Source of the DNA: Trueperaceae bacterium
Lineage (GTDB): Bacteria > Deinococcota > Deinococci > Deinococcales > Trueperaceae
Assembly (NCBI GenBank): GCA_965213925.1
Contig: OZ243927.1
Location: 2,688,001 to 2,752,000, forward strand
Length of the DNA: 64,000 nucleotides
Reading direction: 5' to 3'
Below are positions 27,390 through 37,404 of this stretch, in pieces. The position numbers and the translations under genes were made by a program. Numbering within the stretch: the first letter of the stretch is position 1; every line of letters starts with the position of its first letter. The notes under the pieces are model-generated. The model worked only from the letters and a program-made list of their open reading frames with translations, made no database searches and was not told the DNA's origin.

Positions 27390-28345
27390 CAGTACTCCAC
27401 CTTGCGGCTCGCGAAGCGGAGTTGCAACAGTGTCACGCCTAAGATGATAACGAAGAGCAACACCGTCACGGCGGCGGCGTAGCCGAGCCGGAAGCGGGCG
27501 AACGCCTCTTGGTACATGTAGAGCGCGATGGTCAAGGTGCTGTTTAAGGGACCCCCTTGGTCGGTGAAGTTGATGTTCACCACCTGGTCGAAGAGTTGCA
27601 GCGAGGCGATGGTCGAGATGATGAGCGAGAAGACGATAACCGGATTCAGGAGCGGCACGGTGATGTGCCAGAAGAGCGCCCAGCGCCCCGCCCCATCGAT
27701 GCGCGCCGCTTCGTAAAAGGACTGTGAGATACCCTTGAGCCCCGCCAAAAAGATAACCACTTGAAAGCCCAAGTTCTGCCAGATGACCACAACGGCGACA
27801 GCGGGCAGCGCCTGAGTCGGTGAGGACAAAAAGGGCTGCGGGTCGATGGTGAGCCAGCCAACGCCGCGCTCCTCCCAAAAGATGCTCCACTCGATGAGCA
27901 CATTATTGATAACGCCGAAGTTGACCGAATACATCCAGCCCCACACCCAGGCGACGGCGGCGGCGGGCGTCACGTAGGGCGCGAAATAAATGGCGCGAAA
28001 AAGGGGTTGGAAGCGCCTCACCGAGTTTAGGAGGCTCGCGATAAAGAGCCCTAACGCGAGTTGCGCGGGCACGATGATGAGCGTGTAGAGCGCTGTGTTG
28101 AGCAATGCGCGGTGCAGTTTGGGGTCGCTCAGCATCTGCTGGTACTGTGCCAGCCCTAAGAACTCGCGCTCCTCGGCGCTGACGTGCCAGCTAAATAAGG
28201 AGAGGTAAAACGCTTGGAAGGCGGGCCAGATGCGCAGCGTGAGATAGAAGAGCAGGGGGATGAATAAGAATGCGTACGCCCAGAGCGCTTCGCGCGTGGC
28301 AAGAGAAACGCTCGAGCGTTTTTGAAAATCCGAACTGGCGCGCAC
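27389..28345 (-). CDS. Carbohydrate ABC transporter permease
   Basis: Motif FYEAARIDGA; multiple TM segments. Confidence 0.9.
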   Translation of the reverse strand: MRASSDFQKRSSVSLATREALWAYAFLFIPLLFYLTLRIWPAFQAFYLSLFSWHVSAEEREFLGLAQYQQMLSDPKLHRALLNTALYTLIIVPAQLALGLFIASLLNSVRRFQPLFRAIYFAPYVTPAAAVAWVWGWMYSVNFGVINNVLIEWSIFWEERGVGWLTIDPQPFLSSPTQALPAVAVVVIWQNLGFQVVIFLAGLKGISQSFYEAARIDGAGRWALFWHITVPLLNPVIVFSLIISTIASLQLFDQVVNINFTDQGGPLNSTLTIALYMYQEAFARFRLGYAAAVTVLLFVIILGVTLLQLRFASRKVEY

Positions 28346-28453
28346 CTTAACACCTCTCTTCTCTAATGCAGCCTAACTGAGCGCTCGTACAGGTTTGAGT
28401 TAAACAGGGTCAATGAATTTCAGCGCTGCTCCCGAACCCTAGAGAACGTTTTG

Positions 28454-28491
28454 GCGTGGTAGGGGAGGGTTTCAAACCTGCCCTACCACGC
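28454..28491. repeat. GTAG-type REP-like palindrome
   Basis: GCGTG-GTAGGGGAGGGTTTCAAACCTGCCCTAC-CACGC. Confidence 0.6.
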
Positions 28492-28677
28492 GGCGCGACC
28501 TGAGTCAAGCTTTGGAGTCATTACTAATTCTGTAGAGGTACTCAGATGATTTAGATTTGACTCCGCTTTGAATGGTCATTGCCTCTGTACGCTCGAGAGG
28601 TAACACCCTCAAGCGTCACCTCACTGAGATACCTCTTATCTCTGCGAGCTAAAACGCCACGCGAACCCCACTCAACG

Positions 28678-29946
28678 CTACTGTGCGAACTCGTCAAGGA
28701 GCGCTTGGTCTTCCTGCGCCGCCCTCTCCCACGACGCGGCGGGGTCCATCCCCTCTAAGGCGACGCGGTTGATGGCGTCTACGACGACGGCGCGTTGGGC
28801 GCTCTCGTCCACGAAGGTGGTGGCGGTGGCGTAGGCGAGGCTCGAGATGAAAGGACCGTACACGGGGTCACTGGCAAGCTCGGGGTCTTCAATTAGGGCT
28901 TGCCTGGCGGGAAGTTCGCCGACGGTCTCGAGCCACAAGGTCATCGCCTCGGGGCGCGTGACGAACTCCAAAAACTTCGCGCTCGCCTCTAACTTAGCTT
29001 CGTCCTCAAACGCATTCGGCGTAAGCCCGTTCATCCAGAACGAGCCGAAGTTGGCCTTTACACCCCCCTCTTCTAACAGAGGAATCTCCGCGACGCCCCA
29101 CTCAAACTCGGCGGCGTCTTGCGTGTCGCCAATCGCAAAGGAGCCGTCGATGATCATGGCGATGTTCTCCTGAATGCGGAAGCCGTCGCGGTAGCCGTTG
29201 TTGCCCGGCACGAAGTCGATGACGCCGATTTCGTCCTCGGTGAGCCAGCTCGTGTAGAGTTCGAACGCCTCTAAGCCTTCGGGCGAGTCGTAAAGTACCT
29301 CGGTGCCGTCGTCGCCGTAGGGCTGCGTGCCGAACTGCTTGGTCAGGATTTCGCGAATCAAGTGATGGTCTTGACCGTTGGGCGCGACGCCGTAACCCGT
29401 CTGTGTGAAGCGGGGACCGCGCTTTTCGGTCAGCGCCGCGGCAATCTCTACAAACTCGTCCCAGGTGGCGGGCGGCGCATCGTAGCCCGCCTCGCTCAGC
29501 TTGTCCTGGTTGTAAAAAAGCGCGAGGCTGCGCACGGCGGTGGGCAGACCGTACCAGGTGTCGTCAATCTTCGCAGCTTGCGCCATCGGCACAAATTCCT
29601 CGTCGAGCGCCGTGAAGTTGAAATATTCCGCGGGCAACGCCTCGACGTAGCCGCTGCGCTCCCACGTCGGGAGCCAGCCGTAGAAGAGCTGGATCACATC
29701 GGGACCTTCGCCCGCCGGGAGCGACGCGGCGACTTGCTGCTGATAAGCGTCGTAAGGAAAGGTCTCCTGAACGACCGTGACGCCCGGATTCTCCGCCTCG
29801 AACTGCTCGATGAGTTGGCTCATAGCGCTCACGCGCGCCTCGAACTCGTACTGCCAGTAGGTGATCTCCTGCGCCGAGGCGAGGCTCAGCGTGACGAACA
29901 ATCCCGTGAGAAGTCCTCCTAGAACGAAACGGCGTGCGTGACTCAT
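28678..29946 (-). CDS. Carbohydrate ABC transporter substrate-binding protein
   Basis: Signal peptide ending ASA; motifs GEGPDVIQLFYGW and YGLPTAVRSLALFYN. Confidence 0.9.
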   Translation of the reverse strand: MSHARRFVLGGLLTGLFVTLSLASAQEITYWQYEFEARVSAMSQLIEQFEAENPGVTVVQETFPYDAYQQQVAASLPAGEGPDVIQLFYGWLPTWERSGYVEALPAEYFNFTALDEEFVPMAQAAKIDDTWYGLPTAVRSLALFYNQDKLSEAGYDAPPATWDEFVEIAAALTEKRGPRFTQTGYGVAPNGQDHHLIREILTKQFGTQPYGDDGTEVLYDSPEGLEAFELYTSWLTEDEIGVIDFVPGNNGYRDGFRIQENIAMIIDGSFAIGDTQDAAEFEWGVAEIPLLEEGGVKANFGSFWMNGLTPNAFEDEAKLEASAKFLEFVTRPEAMTLWLETVGELPARQALIEDPELASDPVYGPFISSLAYATATTFVDESAQRAVVVDAINRVALEGMDPAASWERAAQEDQALLDEFAQ

Positions 29947-29963
29947 GTTCTCTCCTTTCCTAT

Positions 29964-31421
29964 TTACTGCTGGGTTTCGCTCACCTTACCACGCAACGAA
30001 CGCCGCACCTCACGCAGCGCTGTGCGCAGGTGCGCCAACGCTTCTAAGTTGCCGTGTAGATGCGTTTCTGCCCCGGTCAGATGCGCGCTCACCACCTCGG
30101 GCGCAGGACCGCCGAAGCCGCGCCGCCGCCGTACGAACGCGCCGGGGTCCAAAGCCTCGCGGAGCACCGCTTCATCCAGACGAGGTCCGCCGAGCGCTGT
30201 GAGGTCGTCCGCCGTCGCCTCTTGCAAACACCTCTTCTCAGCGCTGAGTTTGGCGACGAGCGACGCGGCGAGGCTGTGGGCCTTTTGAAAACTCACGTCG
30301 CAGCGCCGCGTCAACTCATCCGCGAGTTCGGTGGCGGTGGTGTCGGTGCGCCTAGCTCCCTCGTTCAGCTTCACCTTATCGAACGCGCCGTCCTCCAAGC
30401 ACGCGCTGAGGAGCGCCAAGCCGCCCTCAAACTGGATGAAGAGGCTCACCAGCGCACCTTGGATGTCGGGGCCGAAGTCGTTGAGGTCGGCGTAGGGGAT
30501 GTTATGCGACGAATAGAGCACCATCTGGGCGCTGCCTAAGGTGCGCGAGAAGCGGGTGCGGGCGTGCTCGAGCGCCACCGGGTTGCGCTTTTGCGGCATG
30601 ATCGACGAGCCCTGCACGAGCCCATCGCCGAGCACATAAAGACCCGCCGACGCCCAGCCGATAAGGTCGTTCACAAAGCGCGAGAGCGTGAGCGAAATGC
30701 TCTGGATGACGCCGACGAACTCGACCTGCCAGTCCGAGGAGGCAACGGCGTCGTACGTGTTCGAGACGGGCGCGCCAAAGCCCAAAAGCTGCGCCGTATA
30801 GTGACGGTCGAGCGGATGCGACGACCCCGCCAACGCCGCTGCCCCGAGTGGACAGGTGTTGAGGCGCTTATGCGCGTCGAAGAGCCGGTCCATGTCACGT
30901 GAAAGCGCGTTGTCGATGGCGGCGAGGTAGTGCCCGACGGTGGTGGGCTGTCCGGGCTGGTGATGCGTCTGCGCGATGAGGATGGATTCGGTATGCTCCC
31001 GCGCTTGCTTCAAGAGGTGCGTCTGAAGTGCACCCAAACGCTCGATGACGTTCATCAAAAGCTCGCGCGTGCGGAGCTTATAGACCGTCATGTCGAGGTC
31101 GTTGCGGCTCAGCCCTAGCCGCAAAAAGCTCACGGCGTCTTCGCCCACGCGCGCCTCTAAGCGCTTATTGAACGCGAAGTAGAGGTCGGGCACCTCGGCG
31201 TCGTACTCGGGCAGCGCTTCGTCCCGCAAGCCGTGCAGGGCGTCTATAAGCGCGTCGATCTTCGCTTGACTCGCCCGAACGTTGGGGTCGTCCAGCTTTT
31301 TCACCGTCATGACGTGGGCGCTCATCGCGTCGAGGAAGTGGGGGGCTAGGTGCCAAGTCGCGAAGCGGAAGTCGGGCATGAGGACGTTCGCGACGTAGGT
31401 AGGGTGAAAGTGCTTGCCCAT
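29964..31421 (-). CDS. Argininosuccinate lyase-like C-N lyase (fumarase/aspartase superfamily), probably a paralogue
   Basis: Conserved regions C1 SRND, C2 THHQPGQP and C3 GSSIMPQKRNP; first gene of the ABC operon. Confidence 0.8.
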   Translation of the reverse strand: MGKHFHPTYVANVLMPDFRFATWHLAPHFLDAMSAHVMTVKKLDDPNVRASQAKIDALIDALHGLRDEALPEYDAEVPDLYFAFNKRLEARVGEDAVSFLRLGLSRNDLDMTVYKLRTRELLMNVIERLGALQTHLLKQAREHTESILIAQTHHQPGQPTTVGHYLAAIDNALSRDMDRLFDAHKRLNTCPLGAAALAGSSHPLDRHYTAQLLGFGAPVSNTYDAVASSDWQVEFVGVIQSISLTLSRFVNDLIGWASAGLYVLGDGLVQGSSIMPQKRNPVALEHARTRFSRTLGSAQMVLYSSHNIPYADLNDFGPDIQGALVSLFIQFEGGLALLSACLEDGAFDKVKLNEGARRTDTTATELADELTRRCDVSFQKAHSLAASLVAKLSAEKRCLQEATADDLTALGGPRLDEAVLREALDPGAFVRRRRGFGGPAPEVVSAHLTGAETHLHGNLEALAHLRTALREVRRSLRGKVSETQQ

Positions 31422-31634
31422 CAATCCTCCAGCATGTTCTCTAGCGTTCTGTATCCTCAGTTCGTCATCCTAGATTCGTTCGTTGCGACGCTTCTGATGC
31501 CTGGTTGTTTGGCTCGAGTCCTGAAACACTCGAGTTGCCCCCCTAGTCTACTTCACTCGGGTGTTGTGAGGACGCTCGAGCTTCAGCCGTACGATTCGGT
31601 TGGAGGCGCAGCTAGCGAATGTTAGAGTGAAACA

Positions 31635-32393
31635 GTGAACTTTACAGGAAAAAAGGTACTCATTACTGGAGGGACAAGAGGGATCGGTTTAGCGTGCGCC
31701 CAAGCCTTCGCCGAGCGCGGCGCGACGCTCGCTCTAGCGTATAGAGCTGACCACGACGCGGCTCAGAGGGCACTGGCGTCGCTCAGCGGCGAAGAGCATA
31801 TTAGCGTTGCGGGCGACCTTGCGGACGAGCGCTTCGCCGAAAACCTCATCAACCGCGTTGTAGATAATTTGGGTGGGCTGGATATCCTAGTCAACAATGC
31901 TGGCATCTTTCAAGCGCAACCCATCGACGCCGTGAGTTTTGACGAGTGGCGCTCGAGCTGGCAGCGCACGCTCAGCGTGAACCTGCTCGCGCCCGCGCAC
32001 CTCAGCTACTTCGCCGCGCAGCACATGAGAGAACGTGGTGGTGGGCGCATCGTGAACGTGTCCTCTCGGGGTGCCTTCCGAGGGGAGCCGGAGGGTCCGG
32101 CGTACGGCGCAAGCAAAGCCGCCCTTAACGCCCTCAGCCAGTCGCTCGCGCAGAAGCTCGCGCCGCACGGTATCTTCGTGGGCGTTGTCGCGCCTGGCTT
32201 CGTCGAGACGGACATGACGAACGCGCACCTCAAAGGTGAGCGGGGTCAAGAGATTCGCGCCCAGAGCCCGCTCAACCGCGTGGCGAAGCCCGAAGAGGTC
32301 GCCTACGCGGTTCTCTTTCTCGCCTCGGAAGGTGCCGAATTCAGCACGGGCGCGATCCTCGACGTGAACGGCGCGTCTTATTTACGCTCCTGA
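31635..32393 (+). CDS. SDR family oxidoreductase
   Basis: Motifs TGGTRGIG, NNAG and YGASK; TAGAGT 6 nt upstream of GTG. Confidence 0.92.
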   Translation: MNFTGKKVLITGGTRGIGLACAQAFAERGATLALAYRADHDAAQRALASLSGEEHISVAGDLADERFAENLINRVVDNLGGLDILVNNAGIFQAQPIDAVSFDEWRSSWQRTLSVNLLAPAHLSYFAAQHMRERGGGRIVNVSSRGAFRGEPEGPAYGASKAALNALSQSLAQKLAPHGIFVGVVAPGFVETDMTNAHLKGERGQEIRAQSPLNRVAKPEEVAYAVLFLASEGAEFSTGAILDVNGASYLRS

Positions 32394-32557
32394 AGCCGTC
32401 TTAGAAACTCCTGTGCGAGAGGTGCGCGAAAGGTACTAGAGGAAAGTAGAGTAGGAACCTCTTTCAGTCTGCTTGCCATCTTCTCCCTTCGTTCACCTGT
32501 TTAACTGACCCCCTCAAACGTTCTACTGCGCATACCACCTCACCTTTGGAGAGCCCT

Positions 32558-33787
32558 ATGCCCGACTTAGACCTCACCTTTGTCCGCCAACAGTTTCCCG
32601 CTTTTAGCGAGCCGAGCTTAGCGGAGCAAGCCTTCTTCGAGAACGCAGGCGGCTCGTACGCCTGTGCTCAAGTCATCGAGCGGCTCACCGACTTCTACAA
32701 AACGATGAAGGTGCAGCCCCATCACCTCTATCCGACTGCGCAAAAAGCGGGAGAGGCGATGGACTCGAGCTACCCCGCTTTCGCCCGGTACTTAGGCGTC
32801 CAGCCCGAAGAGGTCTACTTCGGTCCTTCGACCACGCAGAATACCTACGTCCTCGCCCAAGCCTTCCGCGACCTCTTGAGGGAGGGCGACGAGGTCGTCG
32901 TCACGAACCAAGACCACGAGGCGAACAGTGGCGCGTGGCGGCGGCTCGCTGAATTTGGCGTAGAGGTGAAAGAGTGGCAGGTGGACGTGGAAACAGGGCG
33001 ACTGCATTTAGGGACCTTAAAACCACTCCTCAGTGAAAAGACCAAAATCGTCGCCTTCCCGCACTGCTCGAACATCGTCGGCGAGATCAATCCGGTCGAG
33101 GAGATTGTCGACCTCATCCACAGTGTCGGCGCTACGGCGGTGGTCGACGGCGTCTCCTACGCAGGACACGGCTTCCCGGATGTGTCCGCGCTCGGCGCGG
33201 ACATCTACCTCTTTTCGACCTACAAGACCTATGGACCCCATCAGGGCGTGATGGTCGTGAGGTCGGGAACCGCGCAGAAGTTGGCGAATCAGGGTCACTA
33301 CTTTAACGCAGGTAAGCCTCAGAAGAGGCTCGTCCCCGCCGGACCTGACCACGCGCAAATCGCCGCTACAAAGGGCGTCACGGACTATTTCGACGCGGTT
33401 CATGACCACCATTACGATGATAGTACGGATACCGCCACGAAAGCAAAGAGGGTCCACGACCTCTTTAGGGAGGCGGAGTTGAAGAGGTTGGAGCCGCTGC
33501 TCGAGGCTCTAACCAGTCACCCCAAAGTTCGCGTTATCGGTCCTGCAACCTTGGAGAACCGCGCTCCGACCGTTGCTATCACGGTGCAAGGACAAGGCGC
33601 GCCCTCACTCGTCAAAAAACTAGCCGAGCACGGCGTCATGTGCGCGCACGGTCACTTCTACGCCGCGCGGCTTTTGGAGGCGATGGGTATCGATTTGGAG
33701 ACGGGCGTGCTCAGGCTGTCGTTCGTTCACTACACGAGTGATGAGGATATCGAGAGGCTCGTTGAGGGGCTCGAGCGGAGCCTCTAA
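32558..33787 (+). CDS. Aminotransferase class V, cysteine desulfurase-like PLP enzyme
   Basis: Motifs FENAGGS, DHEAN, VDGV and STYKTYGPH (PLP Lys). Confidence 0.88.
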   Translation: MPDLDLTFVRQQFPAFSEPSLAEQAFFENAGGSYACAQVIERLTDFYKTMKVQPHHLYPTAQKAGEAMDSSYPAFARYLGVQPEEVYFGPSTTQNTYVLAQAFRDLLREGDEVVVTNQDHEANSGAWRRLAEFGVEVKEWQVDVETGRLHLGTLKPLLSEKTKIVAFPHCSNIVGEINPVEEIVDLIHSVGATAVVDGVSYAGHGFPDVSALGADIYLFSTYKTYGPHQGVMVVRSGTAQKLANQGHYFNAGKPQKRLVPAGPDHAQIAATKGVTDYFDAVHDHHYDDSTDTATKAKRVHDLFREAELKRLEPLLEALTSHPKVRVIGPATLENRAPTVAITVQGQGAPSLVKKLAEHGVMCAHGHFYAARLLEAMGIDLETGVLRLSFVHYTSDEDIERLVEGLERSL

Positions 33788-33844
33788 GTCACGACTCGAA
33801 AGAGGTCGTTCAGCGTCTCCGTTTACCTACACGGGCTCGTGAGA

Positions 33845-35191
33845 TCAGCGCTCATCCTCCAATAGATTCGGCTCGTCCGAGCGCAACTCCTCCTCGATCT
33901 GCGCGTCGAGTTGCGTGTCGACCGACACGTCCGCCTGCGCGCCCCTCTTCACCGCGCTTAGCGAGCGGGGCTCGGGCTTGGGCGTCGTTCGTTTCTCCGC
34001 GTCAGACGCCGCGACCTCCTCTAGCTTCATGGTGTCCGGTACGCGCTGCAAGCGTACATTGGTGATCGGCTCGGGCATCAAGACGTCTGCTTCGTCCAGG
34101 GCGGCTTTCACGAGGCGCACCGCCTCGCTCCGCACCTTAAAATAGTCCGCGCCTCTCTGGTCGACCCAGCCGAAAAAGCGCACGATGACGTTGAAGTCGC
34201 CCAGCTCTTCGACCCTAGCGAAGGGCGTAGGGTCGTTCATGACGCCCGTCATCGCCCGCAGCGCTTCGACGCCCAACGTCTGCACGTACACGAGGTCCTC
34301 CTCGACGTCCACCCCGACGGTAAAGTTGAACTGGCGGCGCGGGTTGCGCGTGTAGTTGACGATGACGCCGTTGAAAATCGTGGCGTTGGGGATGCGCACG
34401 TGGTTGCCGTCTAGGGTCATCAGCACCATCTCCCTAGAGGTCAGCCGGACGACCTTTCCCTCGTAGTCCTCCAACCGGATGAGGTCGTTGAGCGCAAAAG
34501 GTCGGCGCAAACTCATCAGGATGCCCGCCAAATAGTTTTCCACGATGTCGCGAAAGGCGAAACCGATGGCTAAGCCCGCCACGCCCGCCGTGCCGAGCAC
34601 CGCCGTCACCACCGCGGTCGCGCCTAAGATGTCGAGCGCGAGCAGGATGCCGACGAGGACGATCGCGGTGCGCACGAGGTTGCGCAAGAGGTTCTGGAGA
34701 AGCGGGTTGATACCTAAGCGGTTAAAGGGCGCGTCCCAGGTGCTGATGAGTCGCGCTAGCAGCGTGAACAGCAGCACCATGAGGAGCGCCACCACGAGCA
34801 GGGGAGAGTACGCCAGCAGGTCGGTCAGGTAGCTGCGGATGCGCGTCAGAGCGGGCGCGAGCGTTTTGCGCAGGTTGGTCTCTTGCTCCAGGTTGTCCAC
34901 GACGTAGAAGACACCCCCCAGCCTGCCTGCTAAGTCCGCCGCGCTCTCCCGGTCGGCCGCGTTGCGCGTCGTGCCCGAAAGCGACACGACGCCGCCCTCC
35001 ACACTGACCTGGACCTCTTCTAAACCGGGAACGGTCTCGTAAACCTCTCGCAAACGCTCCGCGATAGCCTCGTCAGAGGGACCGTCCACCGACACGGTCG
35101 GCGCTTCGGGTTCTGCGGGCGTCTCCTGCGCGGCAGCGGATGTAATGGCAAAAAGAAGGATTAAGCAAAATAGATAGCGGGTCAGCTTCAC
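33845..35191 (-). CDS. Small-conductance mechanosensitive channel with N-terminal BON domain
   Basis: Signal peptide, BON-like segment, and MscS motifs GLAIGFAFRDIVEN and DGNHVRIPN. Confidence 0.88.
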   Translation of the reverse strand: MKLTRYLFCLILLFAITSAAAQETPAEPEAPTVSVDGPSDEAIAERLREVYETVPGLEEVQVSVEGGVVSLSGTTRNAADRESAADLAGRLGGVFYVVDNLEQETNLRKTLAPALTRIRSYLTDLLAYSPLLVVALLMVLLFTLLARLISTWDAPFNRLGINPLLQNLLRNLVRTAIVLVGILLALDILGATAVVTAVLGTAGVAGLAIGFAFRDIVENYLAGILMSLRRPFALNDLIRLEDYEGKVVRLTSREMVLMTLDGNHVRIPNATIFNGVIVNYTRNPRRQFNFTVGVDVEEDLVYVQTLGVEALRAMTGVMNDPTPFARVEELGDFNVIVRFFGWVDQRGADYFKVRSEAVRLVKAALDEADVLMPEPITNVRLQRVPDTMKLEEVAASDAEKRTTPKPEPRSLSAVKRGAQADVSVDTQLDAQIEEELRSDEPNLLEDER

Positions 35192-35444
35192 AGCACTCCT
35201 CGTAACTCAGCAAGTTGATCTCAAGATACCTCGAGCCACCTGCACTTCTTACTTCTACCTTCTCTGCTCCTACCCTTCTCCTCACAGCGCACGCCGCAAC
35301 CGCTCCAAGCGCGTTACGATTAGGGGGTCAACAAAACGTCGTCACACTTCTCCGCAGGCATCATCTCATCAAGTGCGTACTAGTCGAATGTTCTCTCAAG
35401 TGGTTGCGTCTCTGACCAGATAATACCTGCTATCATAGTGAGCG

Positions 35445-36077
35445 GTGAACATCCTAGCTATCGCCGACGCCACCTCGCCCTTTATCCACTCGGAGAGCTT
35501 CCCCAAGAACCTACCGCCCTTCGATTTGGTGCTTTCGGCGGGCGACATGCCGGGTCACGTTTTAGAGTTCGTCGCGACGAAAACGACGGTGCAGCCCGTC
35601 TATGTTTTGGGCAACCACGCCAACGGCTACCTGAAAAACCCCGACTTCTACGGCTCCTACCTGCCCGGCGGTTGCCTCAACGTCCACCGCGATATCATCG
35701 AGATTAACGGCGTGCTGATCGCAGGCTTCGAGGGCAGCGCCCGCTACCGTCCCGGACCGCACCAGTACACCGAGTGGCAGATGGCGTACTTCGTCAACCG
35801 GATGACACCTCAGCTTCTGTGGAACCGCTACCGCTACGGGCGAGCGGTGGATATTTTGCTCACGCACGCGCCGCCTAAGGGACCCCACGAGGGCAAAGAC
35901 TATCCACACCGGGGAATTCCTGCCTTTAACCGCTTCGTGGAGCGCTGGCAGCCGAAGCTGCACGTACATGGTCACGTCCACCTGAACGGCATCAACGACC
36001 CAAGGGAATACGTCACGGAGTCGGGCGTTCGGGTCATCAACGCTTATGAATTCACGATGATCGAAATCGACCTGTAG
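35445..36077 (+). CDS. Calcineurin-like metallophosphoesterase
   Basis: Motifs AIAD, AGD, GNH, THAPP and HGHVH. Confidence 0.88.
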   Translation: MNILAIADATSPFIHSESFPKNLPPFDLVLSAGDMPGHVLEFVATKTTVQPVYVLGNHANGYLKNPDFYGSYLPGGCLNVHRDIIEINGVLIAGFEGSARYRPGPHQYTEWQMAYFVNRMTPQLLWNRYRYGRAVDILLTHAPPKGPHEGKDYPHRGIPAFNRFVERWQPKLHVHGHVHLNGINDPREYVTESGVRVINAYEFTMIEIDL

Positions 36078-36256
36078 CGCAGCTGTCAAGCGCGAAGTGT
36101 ACACGCGTTTGTTCCCCTAAGTACGCTTATACTTATTCGCTTGTAGGTTTCCCTACGTTTACCCTGCCAAATCCTTCACAAACGCTTTCCCTGACGCTTG
36201 CCTTACACACCGCTCAGCATTTCGTCTTATCCTGAATGAAGAAAGGGGGTGTCCTC

Positions 36257-37165
36257 ATGAGTCACCTCGCAAGGCAGCGTGCTCAGCGTGAGGCGGAGCG
36301 GGTTCGCTCGAGGGCCTTCTGGCACAAGGTCTTAGACGGCTTACGCGGCGTCGACAACGACCTCTTACCCTTTAGCGCCGTGCAGCAGCTTCACCCCAAC
36401 GCCGAGAGCTACGGCGGCACCAAAGCTATCCCGATCGAGCAGATCGTCGGCTCCGTCGACCGCTACCGCGACTTCGACCACTACTTCTTGCCCAAGGTCG
36501 ACCACACCATAGGCCGCTGGGCGGGCATTCGTCAGGCAGGTTTAGAGGGCAAGGAACTCCCGCCGATTCAGGTCTATAAAGTCGGCGAGGTCTACTTCGT
36601 CAAGGACGGACACCACCGCGTCTCGGTCGCGAGAAACGCCGGGCAGAGGTACATCGACGCGGAGATCATCGAGTTGAGCGTTCCCGTGCCGCCCGATTCG
36701 AACGACAGCATCAAAGACCTCATCATCAAGGGCGAGTACGCGGGCTTTTTAGAGCAGACCAAGCTCAATAAGCTCAAGCCCGACTTTGAGCGCATCCTCT
36801 TCACGGTGCCAGGACGTTACGACATCTTGATCGGGCACATCAACACGCGCAAGTATTATCTAGGGCGCAACCTCCAGCGCGACGTGTCGTGGGAAGAGGC
36901 GGTGTGCTCCTGGCACGACCGGCTCTACGCGAGAGTAGTCGAGCAAATCCGCAAGTACGACGTTTTAGAGCGCTTTCCAGGGCGCACCGAGGCGGACCTC
37001 TACCTCTGGATCATGGATCACCGCTACAACCTCACGCAGAAGTTCGGCTCCGACGTCGGCTCGGAAGAGGCGACGAAGAACTTTGCGGACAACTTCGCGC
37101 CCGACATCGCCAAGCGCACCTGGCAGCGCCTCGTGCAGAAGTGGCGGGGGCGGGTGTCTGAATAA
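36257..37165 (+). CDS. ParB/Srx-like domain plus DUF4032-like protein
   Basis: Motifs IVGSVDRYRDFD, LPPIQVYKVGEVYFVKDGHHRVSVA and FPGRTEADLYLWI. Confidence 0.78.
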   Translation: MSHLARQRAQREAERVRSRAFWHKVLDGLRGVDNDLLPFSAVQQLHPNAESYGGTKAIPIEQIVGSVDRYRDFDHYFLPKVDHTIGRWAGIRQAGLEGKELPPIQVYKVGEVYFVKDGHHRVSVARNAGQRYIDAEIIELSVPVPPDSNDSIKDLIIKGEYAGFLEQTKLNKLKPDFERILFTVPGRYDILIGHINTRKYYLGRNLQRDVSWEEAVCSWHDRLYARVVEQIRKYDVLERFPGRTEADLYLWIMDHRYNLTQKFGSDVGSEEATKNFADNFAPDIAKRTWQRLVQKWRGRVSE

Positions 37166-37210
37166 AAAGCAGCAATGAGTTAAACACATTGTCAACTAAA
37201 AAACGAGTGA

Positions 37211-37404
37211 TGTCATTCTGTTCACGAAGTAGGGCGTAGCCGCTGCAACGAAGTGAAGTGAAAGAATCTCTGACCTTGCTGACTCCTCTTGCTGAGATTG
37301 AAAGGCGAGACCCTTACGCATTCGCAAGGCTTACGCGTCGCGTGGTTCACGAAGTACTTCCGAAGGAAACCGCTCCCGCTAGCGACTTCGTGAACAGGGT
37401 GACA
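37211..37404 (+). mobile_element. MITE/REP-like palindromic element, copy 1
   Basis: 20-bp terminal IR TGTCATTCTGTTCACGAAGT / ACTTCGTGAACAGGGTGACA; a related copy lies inverted at 59594-59732. Confidence 0.65.

Noticed and set aside
27390..27890. N-terminal extension of the 457-aa ORF 26517-27890
   Set aside because: It is an alternate frame within the upstream permease; the real gene starts at 27389 through a TGATG overlap.
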